Of a stretch of 21,731 bases of DNA, positions 9,105 through 19,982 are shown in pieces; within the stretch, counting starts at the first letter, position 1; each line of letters starts with the position of its first letter. The DNA lies in the NCBI RefSeq assembly GCF_006345805.1, contig NW_021823649.1, forward strand, positions 1 through 21,731. The letters are read 5' to 3'. The DNA comes from Octopus sinensis. Its lineage: Eukaryota. Both the position numbers and the translations under genes were made by a program. The notes under the pieces were generated by a model. The model saw only the letters and a list, made by a program, of their open reading frames with translations, made no database searches and was not told where the DNA came from.

Positions 9105-9269
9105 TAGCTTTTAATTCCATTACACATTCTAAATCGCCGTTTTCCATTAGGTACGGAAAGAAGCTCTCCCTTCCTACTCCGCTTTTCCTCCTTTTTTTTA
9201 TGTCCTTTATATCTGTCTGTCTGTCTGTCTATCTATCGCTGGTTCGCTCAACCGACCTGTCTGCCAGCC

Positions 9270-9399
9270 TGTATGTGTGCGTATACGTGTGTGTGTGTGT
9301 ATTCATACACACATACACATATATATATATACGTATATATGTACATGTATGTATGTATGTATGTATGTATGTATGTATGTATGTATGTATGTATGTATG

Positions 9400-9437
<38 letters not shown>

Positions 9438-9480
9438 TATATATATATATATATTTATATATAAACAGACACACACATGC
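9270..9480. repeat. Compound (TG)/(CA)/(TATG)/(TA) microsatellite
   Basis: Directly visible. Confidence 0.95.
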
Positions 9481-10163
9481 GCGCGTGCACATTCACATAT
9501 GTACACATTCATCCTTCTAACTATCTGTAGCTCTGTCTAATTCTCTCTCTACCAATATGCCTCTTTATATGTCTTTTCCTCCACCTCCGTCTGTTTCTCT
9601 GTCTATCTCTCTACCCCAGCACTCTCTCTTACACTCACGCGTGCGAACACATAAACACATACATATAGACATCCCCGCATAGAAGACTATGAGAAATGCA
9701 GCCCATCCAAGCCAACACCTCTACTATTATTCTTTTCCATTGCTATTTATATCGAGCACCATTTTCTATTACAATCCCGTGGTTTTTGTAGTTTTCTTAA
9801 ATATTTATATAGCCTTTTATTTATTTGTAATTAAGTCTAAACCAGTTCTATTTGTTATGGGTGAATGTAGCACGAACATTGCCCCGAATTAAGGATGAAA
9901 ATGATTTTGCTATAGACAGAATTCGCGCTGAGTTGTTACCAGTCGCCCGATGGAACAGAACCATGAAACTTTGAGTGTTGAGTCACCGAGACATGGGTAT
10001 GCTCTCTCTCTCTCTTTCTGTTTCATTTATACGCATGCATACACATACATATATAGTGAATGCAATTTTTGCAATTTTTAGTATTGTACCAAAGCAAGTC
10101 CTCCGAAGCTCTTCCACAAACCCAATGTGCTATTAAGACACATTAACAGACTATCCTGCGACC

Positions 10164-10254
10164 CTGGGTTGATTCTTTCGACTAAAAATTCTCCAAGCTG
10201 GTGCTCCAGCAAGGCCGCAGTCTAATGACTGAAACAAGTAAAAGATAAAAGATA
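10164..10254 (+). mobile_element. SINE family B, 3' tail
   Basis: GGTGCTCCAGCAAGGCCGCAGTCTAATGACTGAAACAAGTAAAAGATAAAAGATA. Confidence 0.85.
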
Positions 10255-10589
10255 CTCCTGCACCTCAAACCTGAAATCAGTAATAACATCTAAATTCGTG
10301 CCAATTCTGGTCTCAGGAGGTTTATGAAGAAAAACAAATGCCTCATAAACCAAGCATTCGACATAATGGAGAAAATATATTATCAGTATGATAGAAGATC
10401 GATTTAAATAGCAATAGTACCACCAATATCTGCTTTAACTATAAAACTGATGTATTCATTAGATGCCTTTATGTAGACAAATTCATCCTTGCTAACTGGA
10501 AAGTATAGCATCTGGACTGCAAAATACATCCGAATATCACCTTGCTCTAAAGGTCTTCTTACAAGTTCCATTCTTTTACTTTATCCCTT

Positions 10590-10778
10590 TCCCTTCTTCT
10601 TTCTCCTCTTTCTTCTTCTTCTTCTTCTTCTCTTCTTCTTCTTCTTCTTCTTCTTCTCTTCTTCTTCTTCTTCTTCTTTTCTTCTTCTTCTTCTTCTTCT
10701 TCTTCTTTTTCTTCCTTCCTTCCGTCCTTCCGTCCTTCCTTCCTTCCTTCCTTCCGTCCTTCCTTCCTTCCTTCCTTC
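10590..10778. repeat. (CTT)n and (CCTT)n microsatellite
   Basis: Directly visible. Confidence 0.95.
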
Positions 10779-10861
10779 GTATTCCATTATATTCCAGCGC
10801 AGTTTCTTTTCTCTCCTCAAATTCCTAGGCACACAGTCGATTAGATTGACCCAAGGACGCA

Positions 10862-11003
10862 ACTAGTACTTAATTTATCGACCTCTAAAAGGATGAAAGG
10901 CAAAGTCGACCTCGGCGGAATTTGAACTCAGAACGTAAAGACAGACGAAATACCGCTAAGCATTTCGCCCGGCGTGCTAACGATTTTGCCAGCTCACCGC
11001 CTT
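10862..11003 (-). mobile_element. SINE family A, well preserved
   Basis: Reverse complement AAGGCGGTGAGCTGGCAAAATCGTTAGCACGCCGGGCGAAATGCTTAGCGGTATTTCG...GAGTTCAAATTCCGCCGAGGTCGACTTTGCC. Confidence 0.92.
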
Positions 11004-11195
11004 TATTATTCATTACCTCTTCTGTACGATTCTGTTTGTGGACTTAAACCAGGATACTTTCACTCAAACGCTATCATTCTCTTCCCTCCGATTATGAGTT
11101 GATGTACCCGGACTAAACGTTACGGTCATTACATTGTCCAGAATAATTTCAGAACAGTTTTTAGGTCAATTTCGACATTTGGTTTCATTCTCATA

Positions 11196-11443
11196 CGTAG
11201 GCGCAGACGTGGTTGAGGAGATTGCTTCTCGCCCATGGGGTCTTCGGTTCAGTCCCACTGCACAGTACCCTGGGCAAGTATCTTTTACTATAACCCTTGT
11301 GAATGGATTTGGCGAAGGACGTCCGTCATATGTATGTATATGTGTGGGTGCCTCTGTGTGTGTGTGAGCCTCTGTGTGTGTGTATGTGTGTGTATGTGTA
11401 TGTGCGTATATATAAGTGTTTATATATATATATATAATATTAA

Positions 11444-11477
<34 letters not shown>

Positions 11478-11740
11478 TGTATGTATGTATATGTATATAT
11501 CTATGTGTGTGCGTGTCTATGTATGAGTCCTCTGCTACCGCTCGACAACTGGTATTCTGGTATTGTCTTTCATTTTTTCTCTCTTGAGTTCCCGTAACTT
11601 AACGGTTCGGCAAAAGATATCAATATAATACATACCAAGCTTAAAAGACACAAAGACTGTGGTCGATTTGTTCGACTATAGCCTTAAAACTTTGACCCAG
11701 CATAGCCGCCGTCCAATGATTGAAAGAGTACAAAATAAAG
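11196..11740 (+). mobile_element. SINE family B, diverged, with expanded internal microsatellite (~11330-11525)
   Basis: Head GGTTCAGTCCCACTGCACAGTACCCTGGGCAAGT; tail CCCGTAACTTAACGGTTCGGCAAAAGA..GGTCGATTTGTTCGACTA. Confidence 0.8.
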
Positions 11741-12000
11741 CACAAGGTGAGTGAGTATAGCCGAGTACTTTAGAGTTGCGTTCCCTTGTCAATACAGTTC
11801 CACTATAAATTAAAAGGGAACTGCTCTCGTTTTCCCCCCTTAATTTATCTTGTCTCACGCGAGATTTCAGAGTAGAGCAAGTCCGATGATAGCAATATTT
11901 TCTTCAAGTCTTCTCAGGGTTTTTTTCCTTACCTAATACTGGTGGTAAACTATATATGAAAGAATGAATGAATGAATGCTATACCTATAAATAAGCAGAT

Positions 12001-12093
<93 letters not shown>

Positions 12094-12428
12094 TACATAT
12101 ACACACAACACGCACACTCACACACAAACACACACACACATACACACACACACCCACCCAATCACCCACCCACCCACCCAATCACCCACCCACCCACACA
12201 CACAACACTCACACACACACACACACACACATACACACACACACACATACACACACACAAACACACACACACACATACACACACACACAAACACTCACAC
12301 ATACACACACACACACACACATACATATACACACAACACGCACACTCACACACAAACACACACACACATACACACACACACACACCCACCCACCACCCAC
12401 CCACCCACCCACACACACACACACTCAC

Positions 12429-12460
<32 letters not shown>

Positions 12461-12495
12461 ACATATACACACAACACGCACACACACACACACAT
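12001..12495. repeat. Long (CA)n/(CCCA)n microsatellite with higher-order internal duplication
   Basis: Directly visible. The variant block CATACATATACACACAACACGCACAC occurs three times. Confidence 0.95.
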
Positions 12496-13098
12496 ATTAC
12501 GTATATAGAAACCAAATTTCCGATTCGGACATTGAAGTCTAACGTAGAAGATCGTTCTCCAAGATATTAACATTTAATAAAGAGAGTACAGTAACAACAA
12601 TATCAAACCTGTTGGTTTTCCATTTACTTTCCTCCTGTGTCTGTATTGAATTTACTGTGGCGATGGTTATGGTCGGGTCGGGGATAACCTATTGTATGTC
12701 TTACTAATTGAAGCGAACCTCACTCGATTCAATACAGGGCTGTAATTATACTATTTGCACGAATAACACTATTTGCATTCAATGACTAATATTTACATTA
12801 ATTCATTTTCTAATTAATTGAGAATTATTAATTAGAAATTGAAACCATAGACCGAAGATCATTTCGCTCTGAGAATCCGTTAGTGATCGTTATTTATTTA
12901 TTTATTTGTTTGTTTGTTTATTTATTTTTTCATTTTACCTCATGCATATTGTGAACAATAGCGTCGGCGAGTTTCTATCAATGGAACATCGATTGATTGT
13001 ATTGCAGACACCAAGTAGGTGGCATAGAAGTGTCTGTGTCTTGCGACACGAGGGCGGAATAACTACAACAACGTATCAGTGTTCGACCTATTGGTGTG

Positions 13099-13131
<33 letters not shown>

Positions 13132-13332
13132 TGTGTGTTAAGTGCAGTTATAGGTTCTATCCAAATGCAGGCAGACTAAGAAAGTTCTTCCATAATATCA
13201 CGTTGACCAATACCTTGTGCATGAGATTCAGTCTACAGAAATTCCACAAAAGCTCATCATACATACATACATACATACATACATACATACATACATACAT
13301 AACTACATATACATACAAATATGTGAAGAATA

Positions 13333-13710
13333 GGCGTAGGAGTGGCTGTGTGGTAGGTAGCTTACTTACGAACCACATGGTTCCGGGTTCAGTCCGACTG
13401 CGTGGCACCTTGGGAAGTGTCTTCTACTATAGCTTCGGGCCGACCAAAGCCTTGTAAGTGGATTTGGTAGACAGAAACTGAAAGAAGCCTGTCGTACATA
13501 TGTGTATGTTTGTATGTCTGTGTTTGTCCCCCAACATCGCTTGACAACCGATGCTGGTGTGTTTACGTCCCCATAACTTAGTGGTTCGGTAAAAGTAACC
13601 GATAGAATAAGTACTAAGCTTACAAAGAATAAGTCCTGGGGTCGATTTGCTCGACTAAAAGCGGTGCTCCAGCATGGCCACAGCCACATGACTGAAACAA
13701 GTAAAAAAGT
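13333..13710 (+). mobile_element. SINE family B, near full-length reference copy
   Basis: GGCGTAGGAGTGGCTGTGTGGTAGGTAGC (A-box-like), GGGTTCAGTCC (B-box-like), GGCACCTTGGGAAGTG (CORE-like), internal (TG) tract, tail ACTGAAACAAGTAAAAAAG. Confidence 0.92.
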
Positions 13711-13779
13711 ATATATATAGATAGATATAGATATATACATACATATATACATATGTATATAATTATATAAACATTTGTA

Positions 13780-15240
13780 TGTATATGATTGTATATATAC
13801 ATATGTATATAGTTATGTGAATATGTACATGCATATATATTTATACATATACATATATGTATATGCATATGTGTGTGTTTGTATGTGTCTGTATGTGTGT
13901 GTGTGCATGTCTGCATATATATGTGTATCTACGTTTGTATGGAGGTATATACATTGTACTCAAACTGAGGTTTTCTGTCTCATTCTGCAGAGCTAAACCC
14001 ATTCAAGATATTTCCGTCATTTCTTTGTAACGTAAGAAGAGAAGTGGCTTTCGGGTAAGAAATCTGTTCCCCAACTACAAAATTTTCTGTTCAGCTCCAT
14101 TGCACGGCACCTTTGGCAAGTCTTCTGCATTAGTATATACATTCAAATGCATATATAATGTATATACATTATAACCTTAGCAAGTATATGATTATATATA
14201 TACATATGTATATAGTTATGTTAATATGTACACTTGCGTCGGAAATTAATTAGCACTTCTCAAATTTCTACATTTTCTTACATTTTCTTAATTTAATTAA
14301 CTTATTATCAGAAATGAACTCGTTTTTAATCAAAAATTTATTAAAAAATATCCCAGCACACCACATAATTGTTATTAATCGTGAAATTTAGTCAATATCT
14401 TGTTGCTCCTCCTTTGGCAGCAATGACAGCTGCTACGCGGGTCGGCATGCTGTCTATGAGTGCCTGCAGGTACTGTGCAGGGATGGCCCCTCATGCAGCA
14501 AGAAGTGCCCCAAACAGCTCGTGTCGGTTCCTGTATTGCTGCACATTCAAATCCCTACCCAATCGACTCCAGAGGTTCTCAATAGGGTTCAGTTCAGGTG
14601 ACTGGCCAGCACGTACTCCTCGCCACCAAAGAGGTATCCCGTACTATCTCAACGTACTTTGCTGCGTTGATGTTGCCTTCGACGGCATAGAGCCGCCCAA
14701 CACCACTGTAGCTGAACGCTCCTCACACCATCAGACCACCCCCACCATGCTTCATGGTGAGCAAATCAAGGGTGCTAATTAATTTCTGACGGTAGTGTAC
14801 ATGCATGTATATATGTGTAATATATACATATAGGTATATGCTTATGTGTATATGTGTGTGTTTGTGTGTGCGCGCATGTCTGCATATATATGTGTATCTA
14901 CGTTTGTAAGGAGGTATAAACATTCTACCCCAAAGGATCAAACACTGAACCATGTAATTCCAAAGCGATGTTCTTAACCACATGGATCATACCAAATGAT
15001 TTGGATAACCTCCGAATAAGATTTAGTTCTGAAGAATAAAGTTTATTCACATAAATACTGTATATGTTCCAGGAAAGCGATAGAACAAATACGGTGTTTG
15101 AGATGGCCACTCAAACTCAGGTTTTCTGTCTCATTCTGCAGGGCTAAACCCATTCAAGATATTTCCATCATTTCCCAATCTCTTTCCCAACCACAAAATT
15201 TTCAGTTCAGTCACATTGCACGGCAAGTCTTCTACATTAG
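13780..15240 (+). repeat. Local tandem duplication: copy 1 ~13780-14134, copy 2 ~14180-15240 (interrupted by inserts)
   Basis: Shared blocks GTATATGATT.TATATATACATATGTATATAGTTATG, GCATGTCTGCATATATATGTGTATCTACGTTTGTA, ACTCAAACT.AGGTTTTCTGTCTCATTCTGCAG.GCTAAACCCATTCAAGATATTTCC and a SINE B remnant. Confidence 0.9.
14231..14797 (-). mobile_element. Internally deleted, non-autonomous Tc1 element (567 bp)
   Basis: 26-bp TIRs CACTTGCGTCGGAAATTAATTAGCAC and (reverse complement) CACTACCGTCAGAAATTAATTAGCAC; TA TSD. Remnant MKHGGGGLMV*GAFSYSG..GNINAAKYVEI / ELNPIENLW..IDSMPTRVAAVIAAKGGATRY*. Confidence 0.92.
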
Positions 15241-15309
15241 TCTCAGGCTGACCAAAACCTTGTGAATGGATTTGTGGTAAATGGAAACCTGAAAGAAGCC
15301 CGTCTTATG

Positions 15310-15342
<33 letters not shown>

Positions 15343-15414
15343 GTGGAAAAAGTCAAGGTAGAAAATGCTAAAATAATTTTATAAAATACATTTCAACCGG
15401 TTTCAGTCATGGCC

Positions 15415-15630
15415 CTCCTGCCCCCTCCTCCTCCTCCTTTGTCTTCTTCTTCTTCTTCTTCTTCTTCTTTTTCTTCTTTTTTTCTTATTTCTTCTTCTTC
15501 TTCTTCTTCTTCTTCTTCTTCTTCTTCTTCTCTTCTTTTCTCTTCTTTTCTCTTCTTCTTCTTCTTCTTCTTCTTCTTCTTCTTCTTCTTCTTCTTCTTC
15601 TTCTTCTTCTTCTTCTTCTTCTTCTTCTTC
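15415..15630. repeat. (CTT)n microsatellite
   Basis: Directly visible. Confidence 0.95.
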
Positions 15631-15748
15631 CTGACAGAGTCAGACAGAAACAAGGAAAATGCCACTTGTATTTGAATGCTATGCAAATATTCTTTTAAAA
15701 AAATCTTTTCTTTTAACTTTTCCAAAATGTAATTATTTTCCGTACTTA

Positions 15749-15784
15749 CAGTTGAAAAAGTCTCAATGACTGAAACCGGTACTG
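15749..15784 (+). ncRNA. Minimal type I hammerhead ribozyme motif with U3-A8 core variant
   Basis: CAG-TTGAAAA-AGTC-tcaat-GACT-GAAA-CCG-GTA-CTG: stem I CAG/CTG, stem II AGTC/GACT, palindromic stem III ACCGGT, GUA cleavage triplet at 15779-15781. Confidence 0.6.
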
Positions 15785-15835
15785 AAATGTTTTTTATAAA
15801 ATAATTTTAACATTTTCTACCTTAACTTTTTCCCA

Positions 15836-15861
15836 TATATGTATATATATATATACATTAT

Positions 15862-15921
<60 letters not shown>

Positions 15922-16140
15922 TAGTATGTATTATGTGTATGTGTGGTGTTTGTGGGTTGTGGTGTGTGTGTGGTATGTGTGTGTGTGTATGTGGTGTGTA
16001 TTTCTATCTATCTATATATACATATATATAAGTACACACACACGTATATTTATACATACATATACACACGCACATAGGTTTGGGCTTGTCCACCACCACG
16101 ATCACCACGATCACCACCACCACCACCACCACCACCACAA
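15836..16140. repeat. (TA)n, (TG)n and (CAC)n microsatellites
   Basis: Directly visible. Confidence 0.9.
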
Positions 16141-16489
16141 CTGCTTTACAATTGGTTTTGGCTTGTTTATGCCCCTATAGTCGGGTAAAAGAGACACTGG
16201 GGCTCATTCAATGAATAAGTACAAGGTGTCGATTTGTTCGACTAAAACGGAGATAACGTTACAAAATGATCTCTTTGACCTAACGTGTATATAGTTTACA
16301 CCGCCCACTACACACACACACACGCGCGCGTATACACACATACATACAAACACACATACACATCACCACCGCCACTATCACCATCAACCACAACCATCAT
16401 CACCATCATCACCGCCACCACCATTTTATTCAAGCTTCAACTTGCACTTTTTTCTTGTCTTCCATATATATATATATATATATATATAT

Positions 16490-17793
16490 TAAGGTATGTA
16501 GAAAAATACAACATGGACAAGAACGTATAACTCTTAGAAGACGATACAATAAACATGGAGAGGACATTCGAACCCCCAGTCTTCAGTCAAGAACCGGATC
16601 ATCGTAGTAATTTCGGCTGATTAATCTTGAGATTACTAGATCACGGCCACCCTCCAGAAAAACTAAGCAACGAGCATTAGAAAAACTAAGCTGGAAGCGT
16701 AGATTTCTGGAAGAAGGATCGAATGCATACGAACACCAGAACAGCAAAAGGGACAGATATAAAAAAAAACAAACATAATGGAATACAGAAACATGAAATA
16801 CAGAAGCATTAACGGTGAAAACAACAAGTGTCTTACGACTGATAACAAGCAACAACAATTTTTTCTCTGGCGCATTGGAAAAAGCCTTATAGCGGCGGAC
16901 GAAAAACAACGATGTTAACACGACGAGGGTCAGGAGCTGAAAGGCAGATTTTTCGGCCAACAGTCACGTGACAGAGAAGAGGAAAGAAAAGAAAGAGAAG
17001 CAAAGGAAGAGAGAGAGAGAAGGGGGACAAAACGCAACAAAGAGAGAGAAGAGAGAGAAAGAAGGAATCAGAGAGGGGAAGGGATGGGTTGTCGAAGAAT
17101 GACCTGTGAGTGCAGAGCGAGACAAAGAATAGGAGGGTAGTGGAAGACTAGACCAAAGGATCAGAGGAAAGAGAAGATGAATAGAGAGAAAAGGAGAGAG
17201 AGAGAGGGGGACAGATCAAGTAAAAATGAGAGAGAGAGAGAGACAAACAGAGAGTCGTACCAATTATTAAGAATATGTGTTCACATTAATGATAAGGGGG
17301 GTACGGGGCGCCTGGAATATATGTAAGGTATGTAGAAAAATACAACATGGACAAGAACGTATAACTCTTAGAAGACGATACAATAAACAGGACAGGACAT
17401 TCGAACCCCTCAGTCTTCAGTCAAGAACCGGATCATCGTAGTAATTTCGGCTGATTAATCTTGAGATTACTAGATCACGGCCAGCCCTCCAAGAAAAACT
17501 AAGCAACGAGCATTAGAAAAACTAAGCTGGAAGCGTAGATTCCTGGAAGAAGGATCGAATGCATACGAACACCAGGACAGCAAAAGGGACAGATATAAAA
17601 AAAAACAAAAAACACTAATGGAATACAGAAACATGAATACAGAAGCATTAACGGTGAAAACAACAAGTTGTCTTACGACTGATAACAAGCAAACAAATTT
17701 TTTCTCTGGCGCATTGGAAAAAGCCTTTATAGCGGCGGACGAAAAACAACGATGTTAACACGACGAGGGTCAGGAGCTGAAAGGCAGATTTCG
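16490..17793. mobile_element. Non-coding element with ~465-bp direct repeats (16490-~16960, ~17322-17793) around a ~360-bp purine-rich spacer
   Basis: The two copies align end to end with few substitutions and indels; period ~834-840 bp. Both outer flanks are (TA)n-rich. No credible ORF. Confidence 0.85.
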
Positions 17794-17794
17794 A

Positions 17795-17855
17795 TATATA
17801 TAAATATCTGTATGTATGTATTGTATATATACGTATATGTATCTCTCTCTCTATC

Positions 17856-17886
<31 letters not shown>

Positions 17887-18105
17887 ATGTGCGTGTGTGT
17901 GTGTGTATGTGTGTGTGTGTGTGTATGCAATAGAACGCTTACGTGGCTAAATTAATCCATTCAGTCTCTTCGTATTAGGTAAAGCCACATGAACCTGCCA
18001 TAGATTTAATTATAATCCTAGCTGTGATTCCTTCCATGCTGTATATAATGTATAACCGCTCTTTGTTCTTACACACATTCATGTACCTACACCTACATAC
18101 ATACA

Positions 18106-18136
<31 letters not shown>

Positions 18137-18181
18137 CCATGTATGTATGTATGTGTGTGTGTGTATGTATGTATGAATGTA

Positions 18182-18212
<31 letters not shown>

Positions 18213-18370
18213 ATGTGTGTGTGTATGTATGTATGTATGTATGTATGTGTGTGTATGTATGTATGTATGTATGTATGTATGTATGTATGTGTATGTGTGT
18301 ATGTATGTATGTATGTATGTATGTATGTATGTATGTATGTATGTATGTATGTATGTATGTATGTATGCTT
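17795..18370. repeat. (TA)/(TG), (TACA)n and (TATG)n microsatellites (17795-17925, 18090-18370)
   Basis: Directly visible. Confidence 0.9.
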
Positions 18371-19019
18371 GCTTATGTGTGCATATGAGTATATGTATGT
18401 TTATGTCTATTTATATGTATCCCTGTAACATATACTGACGCATACAATATCCAATACATTCAGTGTATTTTTATATATTTCGGGAGATGTTTTTCACGGT
18501 TCGTTCAGTACTTTGTTTTCCTATTGTAATTATACCTTTCTTAACACAGATGCATGGAGTTACATCGAGACGTATTTGCGTTTAGAACGACCTTTTCTAG
18601 ATGCATGTATTTACCTGTACGATTTACAATCATACGTATTTTTTTCCTAATTATTTACCTATCTATTTTCCTTATTTTATCTTCCATATCGTTAACCCGC
18701 CATCGTTATATCTCTTTTCCTCCATGCTCTCAGCAACTTCATATATATACCTTCATTTTAGCACCATTCCTTTATCTGAAATGCTTATTTTAAAACTATT
18801 CTATTGTATTTTATCGTGTTGTTTCGAAGATAATCTAATTGAACGAATATTTTTATTTAGTCCGTCACCTCATCTTGTTCTTCTCTAAGGTAAGCTAAAC
18901 ATATTTAATGATAACCCCTTGAATTCTAAAGGACGCACCCACACATACTTTATCGCACACGGCTTTATACTCACTTCTTCTACATTTGTATATCCTCAAA
19001 TAATGTTCGTTTTCATCAT

Positions 19020-19360
19020 TTACTTGTTGCAGTTTTTGAATTGCGGCCATGCTGGGGCATCGAATTGAAGGATTTAGTCGAACAATCGACTTCCTTACTT
19101 ATTTTAAAGTTTGGTACTTATTCTATCACTATTTTTTATCGAAGCTCTATGTTACAGAACGTAAACAAACCAACACCAGTAGTCAAGTGATGGTGAAGGC
19201 CAAAAGCAAGAACACACACGCACATACTCACATACATATATTCAGTAATGAAAAGCTGCGCTAGTGATGTAGACATTATTCACTGCACATAAACCGCTAA
19301 GTCACGGCAACGTACGCACACCAACACCGGTGGAGGGCAAACACAGACACAATGACACAC
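19020..19360 (-). mobile_element. SINE family B 3' fragments (19020-19200 and 19290-19360)
   Basis: GCGGCCATGCTGGGGCA, TAGTCGAACAATCGAC, GTACTTATTCTATC, AAACCGCTAAGTCACGG and CACCAACACCGGT match the reverse complement of the family B tail. Confidence 0.75.
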
Positions 19361-19361
19361 G

Positions 19362-19417
<56 letters not shown>

Positions 19418-19454
19418 CACACTTTTTCTAAAAATTTGAAATGCTTTTATAACT

Positions 19455-19545
19455 ACGAATCTCTGATGAAGGAAATGTGATCACCGACGCTGAAAATATG
19501 TATCTACCTCTTCGCACATTCCCTGAAACGGCCGTAAGTTGGTTT
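19455..19545 (+). ncRNA. Type I hammerhead ribozyme motif with canonical core and long stem II
   Basis: CTGATGA (19463-19469); stem II AGGAAATGTG/CACATTCCCT (9 of 10 pairs); GAAAC (19525-19529); palindromic ACGGCCGT; GUA (19534-19536). Stem I is weak (TCT/AGT, 2 pairs then a mismatch). Confidence 0.55.
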
Positions 19546-19884
19546 TCGATTTATTCTAGGACTTTCCTTTAAATCACTGCCATCTTATCCGCTCATGACT
19601 TTTAAATTAATTCTATATATTCATCTGTATATGCGTATGCACGCTGTCATCCAACTTTGATTTCAAATGGGATTTTATGAAGAATATATATGGTGTAATA
19701 AATAAATATACATGTTTCTATATAGTTATGGTCCCGGCTTGAATATGTGTTTGTTTTGACCAGGAATAACTTGATACCTGAATCTGTTTTCTTTTATTGA
19801 ACTTTGATACCACTGCTCAGTATATTGAGTCATTCTATATTGTTCTTTGAGAGTTACTATCTTTTAATATTCAGTGTTTATATA

Positions 19885-19896
19885 CTCACACACACA

Positions 19897-19982
<86 letters not shown>

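Larger units (their letters stand above)
15342..15835. mobile_element. Element with ~69-bp inverted termini around (CTT)n; Penelope-like terminus plus inverted partial copy, or a MITE
   Basis: 15342-15410 is the inverted complement of 15766-15835 with few differences. Flanked by (TA)n. The right terminus overlaps a hammerhead motif. Confidence 0.7.

Noticed and set aside
10404-10571. 55-aa minus-strand ORF MELVRRPLEQGDIRMYFAVQ...
   Set aside because: No recognisable family, purine-rich upstream DNA offers no acceptor, and an ORF this long is expected by chance somewhere in the window.
12800-12845. AT-rich inverted repeat TTCATTTTCTAATTAAT / ATTAATTAGAAATTGAA
   Set aside because: Composition is very low in complexity, so a chance match is likely.
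204-13710. tRNA-like A/B boxes and repeated units that might suggest tRNA genes or a CRISPR array
   Set aside because: The boxes lie in SINE heads with no complete cloverleaf, and there is no regular repeat-spacer array or cas gene.
16583-17688. ORFs of 125, 70 and 72 aa inside the direct repeats
   Set aside because: Frames are not conserved between the two copies because of indels, and there are no gag, RT or integrase motifs.
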